Assembly: GCA_965217585.1 (NCBI GenBank) | Contig: OZ244561.1 | Coordinates: 6,432,001 to 6,496,000, forward strand | Length of the DNA stretch: 64,000 nt | Direction: 5' to 3' | Source: Candidatus Latescibacterota bacterium | GTDB taxonomy: Bacteria; Latescibacterota; UBA2968; UBA8231 | Shown: piece by piece, positions 44,708 to 53,512 of the stretch | Position numbering within the stretch: the first letter of the stretch is position 1 | Layout: each line of letters starts with the position of its first letter | The notes under the pieces: model-generated | Database searches by the model: none | Seen by the model: the letters and a program-made list of their open reading frames with translations, nothing else | What the model was told of the DNA's origin: nothing | Position numbers and translations under genes: made by a program

Positions 44708-47107
44708 TCAAAATTTGAACCGGTAGTTGAGCCAAGGAAGAAGCGGGAAAAGACTCACCTGTTTGGCGCGGCGCTTTATGTCGGTGGTATTGGGGTCGTA
44801 GTCGTCATCGAAGTAGATGAAGTAAGGATTCTTGCGATTGTACGCATTGTACACCCCGAGGCCGAAGCCGTGTTTGTCACCAAAGTTAAAACCGAGATCG
44901 AGGCGGTGGAAGGCGGACATGCGGTAGCTGTTGCGGTCTCCGTAGATCTGGGTTTCATAAGGCGGGATATCGGGTATCCAAATTTCGCGCCCCCCTACGG
45001 AATGTCCGCGGTAGCCGTGGTAGCGGGCGACGGGAAGGGTGGCGGCATTGCCGGTTCCGTACACCCACGTGAGAGAGAAACTGGTGGATGGCGTCAGTTG
45101 ATATGAGAGGACCAAAGCGAGGTCGTGCCGGCGGTCGTAGCGATAGGGGAAGGTGCGCCCCTGATTCAGCCGGTCGAACCGCCGCTTGGTCCAGGAAAGG
45201 GTATAGCCGATCCAGCCGGTGGTGCGCCCGCGCTTTTTCTGCACGAACAGCTCGGTGCCGTACGACCACCCCCGCCCTATTTCCACTTTATCTTGCCAGT
45301 CTTCGTTTTCGCCAAAGCCGACTAGAAAGCTCGCGCCTTCCCGATACTCGATCAGGTTAGTCATGGTTTTGTAGTACCCCTCCAGACTAAATTCGTACTG
45401 GTCTTTGAACTGACGCGCCAGCCCCACGCCGAACTGCCGCGACCATTGGGGGCGCACCCGCTCGGTAGCCGGCAGCCACAGGTCGGTCGGCAAGCCGACG
45501 GTGCTGTTGGAGAGCAGGTGAATGTACTGGCGCATCAGGGCATAAGAGGCTTTCACCGCCCAGTCTGATGGCAGCAGGTAGCGCGTTGAAACCCGGGGCT
45601 GCAAGGAGGTGTAGAACTCGTCGTTGACGAGGAAGCCAGAGGTGTGCAGTCCCACGTTGGCCTTCAGGCGGTCAGTGAGACGGACATCGTCTTCTCCGTA
45701 CAGGCTGTACTCCAGCGCATCAGTGATCTGGGCGGCAAGGGTGGTATCCTCGGGGGCACCGTCGGCCGGATTGACCTTGATCTGCGCCGCTCCGGGGCTG
45801 TAGGTGTGCAAGGTGCTGCTGCCGCCAAAGCGGATGTAGTGGGCGGGGTTGGGGATGTAGTCGAAGTCCAGCTTTAAGCCCCAGTCCCGGATTCCCGACC
45901 GATAGCGCAGCCGCAAGGTATCGGTCTCCCGTTCTCCGTCTAGGGTGGTAGTGGAGCGGTGGTCAACAGCGGTGGAGAGTTGGTAGCGACTGTAGATCGC
46001 GGTCAGATTGCCGAAGAGCTGGTTGCTGAACAGGTAGTTCCAGCGCAGAGTGGAGGTTATATTGCCCCAGCCGAAATTCGCCGCGATGGCATCTTTCTCG
46101 CGGTAGTTGTCCCCCGTGTCCTCCTCCTCTATGTCACTCCAGAAGCGGTCATCGCCCCCGTACACGTTTAGGAAAACCCGGCTGTTAGGCGAGAAGATAT
46201 GGTTGAGTTTGGCATTGAGATCGTAGAAGTGGTAGCCGCCTTTGTTGTTGCTGGGGAGAAAGGGGCGAATCAGCAGGTCGATGTAGGTGCGCCGGGCCGA
46301 GACAATGAACGAGGTCCGGTCTTTGCGCAGCGGCCCTTGCAAGGTTAGCTGGGAAGCGATCAAGCCGACCGAGCCTTCGCCTTCAAAGGTCTTCATATTG
46401 CCGTCTTTCATATCGACTTCCAGCACCGACGAGAGGCGGCCGCCGTAGCGCGCTGGGAATCCGGCTTTGGTCAGTTGCACGTTCTTGATGGCGTTGGCAT
46501 TGAAGACCGAGAAGAAGCCGAACAGATGCGAGGCGTTGTAAACCGGGGCACCGTCGAGCAGGAGCAAGTTCTGATCGGGGCTGCCACCGCGCACGTACAG
46601 GCCACTCATGCCCTCGGCCCCGGACTGGACTCCGGGCAAAAGTTGCAGGGTCTTGAGTACATCGACTTCGCCCATGAGGACGGGCGCATTTTTGATTTGC
46701 TGGATCGGCACCTGCACCACGCTCATCTGGCTCTGTTCTTGGATGGGATCGAGCCGCTCGGCCTCCACTTGCACGGCACCCATTTCTAGGGGAGTGGGCT
46801 GGAGGGCGATGGTTAGCTGAAGGTCTTGGTCGAGCCGAGTTGCGAGGGTGTCGCTTTGATAGCCGATGTGGAAGACGACCACCTTCAGCGGCCCCGCCGG
46901 CAGGGTCAGGCTGAAAAAGCCGTAGCGGTTGGTCGTGGCACCCTTTTGCAGAGTAGGCTCGTACAAAACGGCCCCGATCAGCTTCTCGCCGCTGGCGGCA
47001 TCTTCGACATAGCCGCTGAGCGTATGCACTGGATCGGTTTGCGCCCAGACGCCATCGGCGAGGCTGAGGAAGACTAGCAGGAAGTATTGGCGAACTCTGT
47101 ATAACAT
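44708..47107 (-). CDS. TonB-dependent receptor (carboxypeptidase-regulatory-like N-terminus)
   Basis: GATTNRYGFFSL, LQLLPGV, VRGGSPDQN, C-terminal YRFKF. Confidence 0.95.
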   Translation of the reverse strand: MLYRVRQYFLLVFLSLADGVWAQTDPVHTLSGYVEDAASGEKLIGAVLYEPTLQKGATTNRYGFFSLTLPAGPLKVVVFHIGYQSDTLATRLDQDLQLTIALQPTPLEMGAVQVEAERLDPIQEQSQMSVVQVPIQQIKNAPVLMGEVDVLKTLQLLPGVQSGAEGMSGLYVRGGSPDQNLLLLDGAPVYNASHLFGFFSVFNANAIKNVQLTKAGFPARYGGRLSSVLEVDMKDGNMKTFEGEGSVGLIASQLTLQGPLRKDRTSFIVSARRTYIDLLIRPFLPSNNKGGYHFYDLNAKLNHIFSPNSRVFLNVYGGDDRFWSDIEEEDTGDNYREKDAIAANFGWGNITSTLRWNYLFSNQLFGNLTAIYSRYQLSTAVDHRSTTTLDGERETDTLRLRYRSGIRDWGLKLDFDYIPNPAHYIRFGGSSTLHTYSPGAAQIKVNPADGAPEDTTLAAQITDALEYSLYGEDDVRLTDRLKANVGLHTSGFLVNDEFYTSLQPRVSTRYLLPSDWAVKASYALMRQYIHLLSNSTVGLPTDLWLPATERVRPQWSRQFGVGLARQFKDQYEFSLEGYYKTMTNLIEYREGASFLVGFGENEDWQDKVEIGRGWSYGTELFVQKKRGRTTGWIGYTLSWTKRRFDRLNQGRTFPYRYDRRHDLALVLSYQLTPSTSFSLTWVYGTGNAATLPVARYHGYRGHSVGGREIWIPDIPPYETQIYGDRNSYRMSAFHRLDLGFNFGDKHGFGLGVYNAYNRKNPYFIYFDDDYDPNTTDIKRRAKQVSLFPLLPWLNYRFKF

Positions 47108-47175
47108 AGGGTTTAGAATAGCTCAGTCGCTCAGTCTTTTAACCCCTAAGCCAGCCAATCGCGTCACTGCCCCCA

Positions 47176-47229
47176 CGCAATATAGCCGCCGTCCCTGCTA
47201 GCATCAATTCAGCAGTAGCTAAAGTCTAT
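47176..47229 (-). promoter_or_regulatory. Direct repeat copy 2 containing a sigma70 promoter
   Basis: TTGATG-N17-TATATT upstream of the TonB receptor. Confidence 0.7.
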
Positions 47230-47241
47230 AGTTAGCTTGTC

Positions 47242-47460
47242 GTGACTACTCCCACCCTACAGACGTTGGGCTTCTTGCCGGTATTCTGGCTGAGATTGTA
47301 GTACAAGGACAATGATGTATTCGTTGCGCCAGCGTTTTTCGGCGTCGATGTCCACACACTGGGAGCAATCTTGCGAGGTATAGGCCAGGTTGACGGCGAC
47401 CAGGATCCTACCAGCTTCTTCTGCTTTGTAGGACAGGCTCTGCCGGAACTGCGACCAAGA
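47242..47460 (-). mobile_element. tnpB: IS200/IS605 family remnant: frameshifted tnpB 3' fragment plus right end
   Basis: SWSQFRQSLSYKAEEAGRILVAVNLAYTSQDCSQC, a 2-nt shift, then GHRRRKTLAQRIHHCPC; ends GAAGCCCAACGTCTGTAGGGTGGGAGTAGTCAC. Confidence 0.85.
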
Positions 47461-47471
47461 GGATTGACAAA

Positions 47472-48668
47472 GTGTCGAAGCGGAAACAGGAGGTGGTAGT
47501 AAACTTATTTTTGTCGGTGTACGCGCCGGCCCTGATCCTGTCGGTCTGCCGGGGCCTACTATTGCCCGTCCTGCCTTTGTTCGCCCGCTCTTTCGAGGTA
47601 TCGTACAGTCTGGTGGGCGTGATCCTGGCCGCGGACGGAATCGGCACTTTGCTGGGCGATGTGCCCGCGGGAGTGGTGGTGCGGCGGGTGGGCGAAAAGC
47701 GCGCCATGCTATTGGGGGTGGGGTGCGTCATGGCGGGGATTTTCGGCCTGCTGCTGGCCGCTGATCTGTGGCAAGTGAGTGCCTGCCGCCTAGTGTCGGG
47801 GATCGGTACGGCCCTGTGGAATATTTCGCGCCATACGTACCTGGCCGGGGCCATTCGGCCGGCACTCCGGGGACGGGCCATTGCCGTGTTCGGGGGCATA
47901 GGACGCATCGGCTATTTTGCCGGACCGCTGCTCGGCGGCCTGGTGGCCGGGGCGTACGGCTTTCGGGCTGCCTTCCTGTTATACGGGGGGTTGGCGACGG
48001 TGGCTTTGCTGACGGTCTCGCTCTGGGTGGAGGACCGCGGGATCTCCCCGGGAGAAAACCACCGATCCAGAGGACGGGTCGGCGATGTTGTGCGCGGCCA
48101 CTATCGCATCCTGCTCACTGCCGGCTCGGCCCAATTGTGCGCCCAAATGGTGCGCACGGCCCGCATGGTCATCGCGCCGCTCTACGCTGCCGATGTCCTC
48201 GGTCTAGGGATCGAGGAGGTGGGGGTGATCATATCTATTGCCGCGGCCGTGGACATGCTCATGTTCTATCCGGCGGGCATGATCATGGACCACTGGGGGC
48301 GCAAGTACGCCTCGGTGCCCAGTTTTTTCGTCCAGAGCACGGGCATGGCCGCCATTCCCCTAGCGCAGGATTTTTCGGGCCTGCTCCTGGCCCTGGTGGT
48401 AGTGGGCCTGGGCAACGGCATAGGGTCGGGGACCATGATGACTCTGGGCGCGGACCTGGCCCCGGACGACGGGCGGGGGGTGTTTTTGGGGCTGTGGCGC
48501 TTTGTCGGCGATCTGGGCGGGGCGGGCAGCCCCCTGGCCATGGGCTATATCGCCGATTGGGTCGGCCTGACCGAAACTCCATTGGCAGCCGCGGGCATTG
48601 GCCTAGTCGCGGCCCTCACTTTGTGGCTGGGGGTGCCCGAGACCCTGAAAAGGGAAGACCATCTGTGA
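47472..48668 (+). CDS. MFS transporter
   Basis: About 12 TMs; RVGEKR, RGRA, DHWGRK. Confidence 0.92.
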   Translation: MSKRKQEVVVNLFLSVYAPALILSVCRGLLLPVLPLFARSFEVSYSLVGVILAADGIGTLLGDVPAGVVVRRVGEKRAMLLGVGCVMAGIFGLLLAADLWQVSACRLVSGIGTALWNISRHTYLAGAIRPALRGRAIAVFGGIGRIGYFAGPLLGGLVAGAYGFRAAFLLYGGLATVALLTVSLWVEDRGISPGENHRSRGRVGDVVRGHYRILLTAGSAQLCAQMVRTARMVIAPLYAADVLGLGIEEVGVIISIAAAVDMLMFYPAGMIMDHWGRKYASVPSFFVQSTGMAAIPLAQDFSGLLLALVVVGLGNGIGSGTMMTLGADLAPDDGRGVFLGLWRFVGDLGGAGSPLAMGYIADWVGLTETPLAAAGIGLVAALTLWLGVPETLKREDHL

Positions 48669-48709
48669 GCTGCACGTGTTCGCTGCTCGTTTTCGAGGAG
48701 CAGGATGGC

Positions 48710-49753
48710 TCAGCGCAGCACTGGGTCCGTCCAGCCCCAGGCATTGTCGCGCACTGTGACGCGCTCCTCACAGCCGATGGCGCCGCGCTCGGTTCGGTGG
48801 TAGAACCAGTTGTGCTCGATCACGGCCTGGTCCTCAGGCGTGCCACGGATGACCACAGCGCGCCGACCGGGAACGCGGAAGGTGTTGTGGTGCACGTGCA
48901 TCCAGCCGCCCGCCACATTCGTGCCGTCCTTGCGGTCGCGGCCGCCGTGCATGTCGAAGCAGTGGCTCAGGCTGCGTCCCATCTCGACGTTGTTGCGCGC
49001 CTCGTACCCCGAGCCTCTGCGCCCGGAGCCGGCAATGGAGTGGCGGTTGGCGTCGAACAGGTTGCCCTCGATCAGCGTTTCGGCCTCGTCGAGGCAGACG
49101 CCGTACCCGAGCCCCTGGTACTGGTTGTGATGGATGAAGCAGTGCTGCACGAGGTGCCCGTTGCCGTCCACTAGGTGCACGGCACCGAGGCTCCAGCCGG
49201 CCAGCTCGCAGTTGTCGACGCGCAGCCGCGGGTGTCTCGCCTCGATGCCGGCGGACGTGGGAAATCGGTAGTAGTAGCGGTGTCCGCCGTGGCCTTCGCG
49301 GAAGGAACGGGAGTGGTGCTCCAAGCACTGGCGGGGGTTCGGTCCCTGCAGGCGGATGCCGGTGAGACGCGCGTCCGGGCCCGTGACCCGGATGAGAGGG
49401 TTCGTGGCGAAGGTGTCGGAGCGGATCAACCCGCCGGTCGCCCCCTTGACGCCGCGATCACTGGCCAGGGTCACACCGCCGGGCAGCTCGAGGACCAGCT
49501 CCTCGACGTAGACCCGTTCCGTGCACTCGATGACGGCGTCGCCGGCGACGTACACAGTGTCGCCGGCGCGGGCTCCGGCTAGGGCCTCGATCAACTCGTC
49601 GAGGTGGCACACCGGCGAGCCGGAGAGCTTGACGATCTCGGCGTAGCCGGAGCCACCCCCAAGGGGGTAGCCTCGGGCCGCACCAGCGCCACAGGCGCGA
49701 TGGCCACGGCCGACCCGCGTCGGGCCTCGAAGGGTGGAACGGGCGTTGAACAC
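48710..49753 (-). CDS. Right-handed parallel beta-helix protein
   Basis: VDNCELAGW, HCFIHHNQYQGLGYGV, EGNLFDANRHSIA, FDMHGG; AGGAGG RBS. Confidence 0.8.
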   Translation of the reverse strand: MFNARSTLRGPTRVGRGHRACGAGAARGYPLGGGSGYAEIVKLSGSPVCHLDELIEALAGARAGDTVYVAGDAVIECTERVYVEELVLELPGGVTLASDRGVKGATGGLIRSDTFATNPLIRVTGPDARLTGIRLQGPNPRQCLEHHSRSFREGHGGHRYYYRFPTSAGIEARHPRLRVDNCELAGWSLGAVHLVDGNGHLVQHCFIHHNQYQGLGYGVCLDEAETLIEGNLFDANRHSIAGSGRRGSGYEARNNVEMGRSLSHCFDMHGGRDRKDGTNVAGGWMHVHHNTFRVPGRRAVVIRGTPEDQAVIEHNWFYHRTERGAIGCEERVTVRDNAWGWTDPVLR

Positions 49754-49972
49754 GGGTACCTCCTTGAATCGGATGGCAGGGGCTTGTAGTCGGCTATTCG
49801 TTGGTTCCGGCGCTGGAATTGTTCGTACGCGTCCTGGGCTTGGAAGACGAGTTCCATGCGCTGGCGCAAACTGTTAGCGCTTTCCCCGGGCTGTTGGGCA
49901 AAGTCGTTGGCCGTGCCGTTGACGGTGATGTTGGCCGTTGAAGTACATGGGAATCCTCCTCGGTGGGCGGGT

Positions 49973-50330
49973 CTAGGAATTGGCGCTGCGGCAGGCCCCG
50001 CAGTCGGCTCCGGGCAGCCAATAGGCCGCAGGAGGCGGGCCAAAGTAGCGCTGGTACAGGGCCAGGGTCTGGTCGAATTGGCTGTTGTTTTCGTCCTCCA
50101 TGCCCCCGGGTTGGTGGTGGATCATGCGGCCAAAGTGCCGGCGGCAGAAGGCACCGTAGATGCGGGTGCAGAGGATGAATTCGTGCCAGGGCCGCGTGAT
50201 CCAGGGCGTCGGGGGAGAGAGCTGGGGGCATGGGGAACACCTGTGCTGAAAGGGGTGGCACCAAGATGAAGGGCCCGCCCCTCTTGGGCGCTTTTGAGCG
50301 CAGCGAAGACCATGGTCATGGATTGCACAG
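49973..50330 (-). pseudogene. Frameshifted glycine-rich-domain-containing (GRDP-like) protein remnant
   Basis: LDHA in one frame joins WHEFILCTRIYGAFCRRHFGRMIHHQP...TLALYQRYFG..P..W in another; 5' boundary approximate. Confidence 0.6.
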
Positions 50331-50373
50331 GTGGTCCTCAGCATTGCACTCGGGAGCGGGCCAGGGAGTGTCG

Positions 50374-51669
50374 TCATTGCCCATCGGTGAAGTAAGCTTT
50401 GGTGCCCTTGGCTTGGACGGCGTCGCCGATCCGGTTCAAGGCGTGGACATACGCCGCAGTGCGCGGCGAGATATTCTGCTCTTGGGCAATGGCCCAAATG
50501 CGCTCGGTCTCCTCGACCATCATCTCCTTGAGCCGCTGGTTGACTTCCTCTAAGGTCCAATACAGACCCTGGCGATTCTGTACCCATTCGAAATAGCTCA
50601 CGGTCACGCCGCCGGCGTTAACCAAGATGTCGGGGAATACGACCACGTCCCGCTGGCGCAGGATCTCGTCGGCACCCGGCGTGGTGGGGCCGTTGGCCAG
50701 TTCGTACACCGCCTTGGCCTTAATCTCGCCAGCATTGGCCTCCGTGATCTGATTTTCCAAGGCCGCCGGGGCTAGGATATCGACGTCGAGGGCGAGCAAT
50801 TCCTCGTTGGTGATGGTCTCGTGCTCGACGATGTTGCATACCGTATCCTCGCAGTACACCGCCTTGAGGGTGCGGGTCGAATCCTTGAATTGGCGCACGC
50901 TGGGAATGTCGAGTCCTTCACGCCGATAAATCCCTCCCTTGGAGTCGCTTACGGCCACGACCTTGTAACCAGCATTGAAGAGCAGTTCGGCGATGATGGC
51001 TCCGGCATTGCCAAAGCCTTGCACGGCCACGGTCGTGGTGGCAGGCGAGCCGCTTAAGCCGAGCTTGGGCCAAGTCGCCTCGATGGTGAAAAAGGCTCCC
51101 ATCGCGGTCGCCGTATCGCGCCCTAGACTGCCTCCCATGGTCAACGGCTTGCCGGTGATGACCGCAGGCGTGATCTGCCGCTTGATAATGCTGTACTCAT
51201 CCACCATCCAGCCCATGATCATCTGATTGGTATAGACATCCGGCGCTGGAATGTCGATGTCTGGGCCAATGAAGTCGGCCACGGCGTCGATATAGCCCCG
51301 GCTGAGTCGTTCTAGTTCAAAATAGGACAGTTCCTTGGGATTGACCGTGATGCCGCCTTTGCCGCCGCCGAAGGGCAAATTGGCCACCGCGCATTTGAAG
51401 GTCATCCAAAAGGCCAGGGATTGGACCTCGTCGCTGGACACGTCTTGGTGGTAGCGAATACCGCCTTTGGTGGGGCCTCGGGTGTCGTCGTAGCGCACCC
51501 GGTAGCCCGGAAAAATGCGCAACTCGCCATTGTCCATGCGCACTGGGATGGAAACTTTCAAACTCGACTTGGGCAACTTGAGCCGCTCGATGGCATCCTC
51601 GGAAATGGACGCGTACTCGAGGGCTTCGTCGAGCCGTTGGCTGGCGTCGCTAAACAAAGACTGAGACAT
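50374..51669 (-). CDS. gdhA: Glutamate dehydrogenase (Glu/Leu/Phe/Val family)
   Basis: GPTKGGIR, PFGGGKGG, DIPAPDV, VQGFGNAG, NAGGVTVSYFEW. Confidence 0.95.
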   Translation of the reverse strand: MSQSLFSDASQRLDEALEYASISEDAIERLKLPKSSLKVSIPVRMDNGELRIFPGYRVRYDDTRGPTKGGIRYHQDVSSDEVQSLAFWMTFKCAVANLPFGGGKGGITVNPKELSYFELERLSRGYIDAVADFIGPDIDIPAPDVYTNQMIMGWMVDEYSIIKRQITPAVITGKPLTMGGSLGRDTATAMGAFFTIEATWPKLGLSGSPATTTVAVQGFGNAGAIIAELLFNAGYKVVAVSDSKGGIYRREGLDIPSVRQFKDSTRTLKAVYCEDTVCNIVEHETITNEELLALDVDILAPAALENQITEANAGEIKAKAVYELANGPTTPGADEILRQRDVVVFPDILVNAGGVTVSYFEWVQNRQGLYWTLEEVNQRLKEMMVEETERIWAIAQEQNISPRTAAYVHALNRIGDAVQAKGTKAYFTDGQ

Positions 51670-51756
51670 GGAGTATTCTCCTTTAATTAGGTAGGATCAA
51701 CGCATTTGCAAAGTAGATAGGCTGGACGAGCCGTGCAATTGGGAATCCGTCCAAGC

Positions 51757-52983
51757 CTATCTCTTACCTAGAAACCCCCGCACCAAAACCGCCGTTCCCA
51801 CAGTCCCCAACCCCGCCAGCAGCGCCATGACGCCCACGGCTCCTTGTGCTCCCCAAGCCTCGGCCAACGCCCCGCTCTGCAGGCGGCCAAAGGGGCCGAC
51901 GCCAATGGCCACGACCAAGGTGCTCATCGCACGGCTCCGCATCTCGTCCGAGGATTCGACCAAGATGATGCTGCTCTGCATAATGCTAAAGCCCGCCTGC
52001 CCCAACCCAGAGCAAAACAGCATCAGCAAGGCTAGACCAAAGGTCCCGCTCAAGGCAAAGGCGGAGATTCCCATGCACGAAAGCAACGAGCCAGCGACAA
52101 AGAGCCATTCGTTGCTCAGCTTGCTGCGGCTCAGCTGGACCGCGGCCAAGCCCACAATCGCCCCGCTCCCACTAGCCGCGCCCAACCACCCCATGGCCTC
52201 CGGGCCGCGGCCGAATACGTCGCGCGCGAAAACCGGCAGCAAATTCATGTAGGGAAAAGCCCAGACGTTCATAAAAATCGTGATGAGAAAGACGCCGAAT
52301 ATCGGAGCAGAGGCCCGCATACTGGCCCACCCCTGTCGCCCGGCCCACCCCGCCGCCCACGCACCCGCACTAGGCGCTTTGGAGTCTGTCTTGAGGCCCG
52401 CCAACAAAAACAGCGCCAGGGTACCCAGCCCGACCAACACCAGCAGGGCACCCAAGCTGCCATAGGCCGCTGTGACATAGCCCGCCGCTAAGGGGCCAGC
52501 AATGCGCGTAAACCCCTGGATGACGTTCTCCAGCACCATGGCATCGACCGTGCGGGCCTTGCCAACTAGATCGGGCACCATGCTGCGCCGGGTCGGCCAA
52601 TCCAACGCCCAAGAGGCCCCCAATGCCAGCGACACCACCGACAAATGCCACAGCTCGAGCCGCCCCCAAAAGAGCAAGAGCGCCAAAAGCCCCGTCCCCA
52701 GCACATTGACCAACTGCAGGGTCCAAACGATGTAGCGCCGCTTAAAGCGATCGGTAATCACCGCGCCGAACAAACCCATAATCAGCAGGGGGATGGCTCG
52801 GTAGAAGCCGATGACCTGGACCCACCACGGGGAGTTAGTCAGCTCCAGGGCCAACCACCCCAGCGCCAGCATCTCCATCCACATGGCCTGCCACCAAAGG
52901 CCGTTGGCCAACCACAGGCGCACGAAATCGCCATTGGCCAAGGGTTCGAGGACGCTTCCTCTGACGGATCTCACGCTGTGCAT
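51757..52983 (-). CDS. MFS transporter (MFS_3-like)
   Basis: FVRLW, DRFKRR, RRSMVPDLV, MRSRAMS. Confidence 0.9.
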   Translation of the reverse strand: MHSVRSVRGSVLEPLANGDFVRLWLANGLWWQAMWMEMLALGWLALELTNSPWWVQVIGFYRAIPLLIMGLFGAVITDRFKRRYIVWTLQLVNVLGTGLLALLLFWGRLELWHLSVVSLALGASWALDWPTRRSMVPDLVGKARTVDAMVLENVIQGFTRIAGPLAAGYVTAAYGSLGALLVLVGLGTLALFLLAGLKTDSKAPSAGAWAAGWAGRQGWASMRASAPIFGVFLITIFMNVWAFPYMNLLPVFARDVFGRGPEAMGWLGAASGSGAIVGLAAVQLSRSKLSNEWLFVAGSLLSCMGISAFALSGTFGLALLMLFCSGLGQAGFSIMQSSIILVESSDEMRSRAMSTLVVAIGVGPFGRLQSGALAEAWGAQGAVGVMALLAGLGTVGTAVLVRGFLGKR

Positions 52984-53056
52984 CGCTCTCTTGCTGGAGG
53001 CATTAGGTGCCCTATATTACTCGCGCCAACCAGCCCTAAGCCATGGGAGATTCAAC

Positions 53057-53512
53057 ATGTCTGTGGAGGAAAAACTAAGAGACCTAAACCTACAACTGCC
53101 CCCTCCGCCTCAACCAGCCGGCAGCTATACCCGCGCCGTGCAAAGCGGCCCTTTGATCTTCGTCTCAGGTCAGTTGCCCCTACTAGACGGTCGGATTCAA
53201 TACGCGGGAACCGTGGGCGAGGATTTGGATGTCGAAGCGGGATATGCCGCCGCCAAGTTGTGCGCCCTCAACGCCCTGAGCGTGCTCAAAGCCGAAACCG
53301 GCGACCTCGACGCGGTCTCCATTGTCCGCTTGGGAGGATATGTAGCTGCGGCACCCGGTTTTTCGGCCCACGCCAACGTGGTCAATGGCGCTTCCGATCT
53401 GCTGGCCGCAGTCCTCGGAGATAAGGGGATACACGCGCGCTTGGCCGTCGGCGTCGCCAGCTTGCCGCTGGGAGCAGCCGTCGAGTTGGAAGTCATCGCC
53501 GCCGTGGGCTAG
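53057..53512 (+). CDS. RidA/YjgF family protein
   Basis: FVSGQLP, NGASDL, HARLAVGVASLP; ATG at 53057. Confidence 0.92.
   Translation: MSVEEKLRDLNLQLPPPPQPAGSYTRAVQSGPLIFVSGQLPLLDGRIQYAGTVGEDLDVEAGYAAAKLCALNALSVLKAETGDLDAVSIVRLGGYVAAAPGFSAHANVVNGASDLLAAVLGDKGIHARLAVGVASLPLGAAVELEVIAAVG

Noticed and set aside
47108-47175. Possible riboswitch upstream of the TonB receptor
   Set aside because: Leader is short and lacks cobalamin or TPP consensus motifs
47768-49174. 468-aa plus-strand ORF
   Set aside because: Shadow ORF overlapping the MFS and beta-helix genes, with no recognisable motifs
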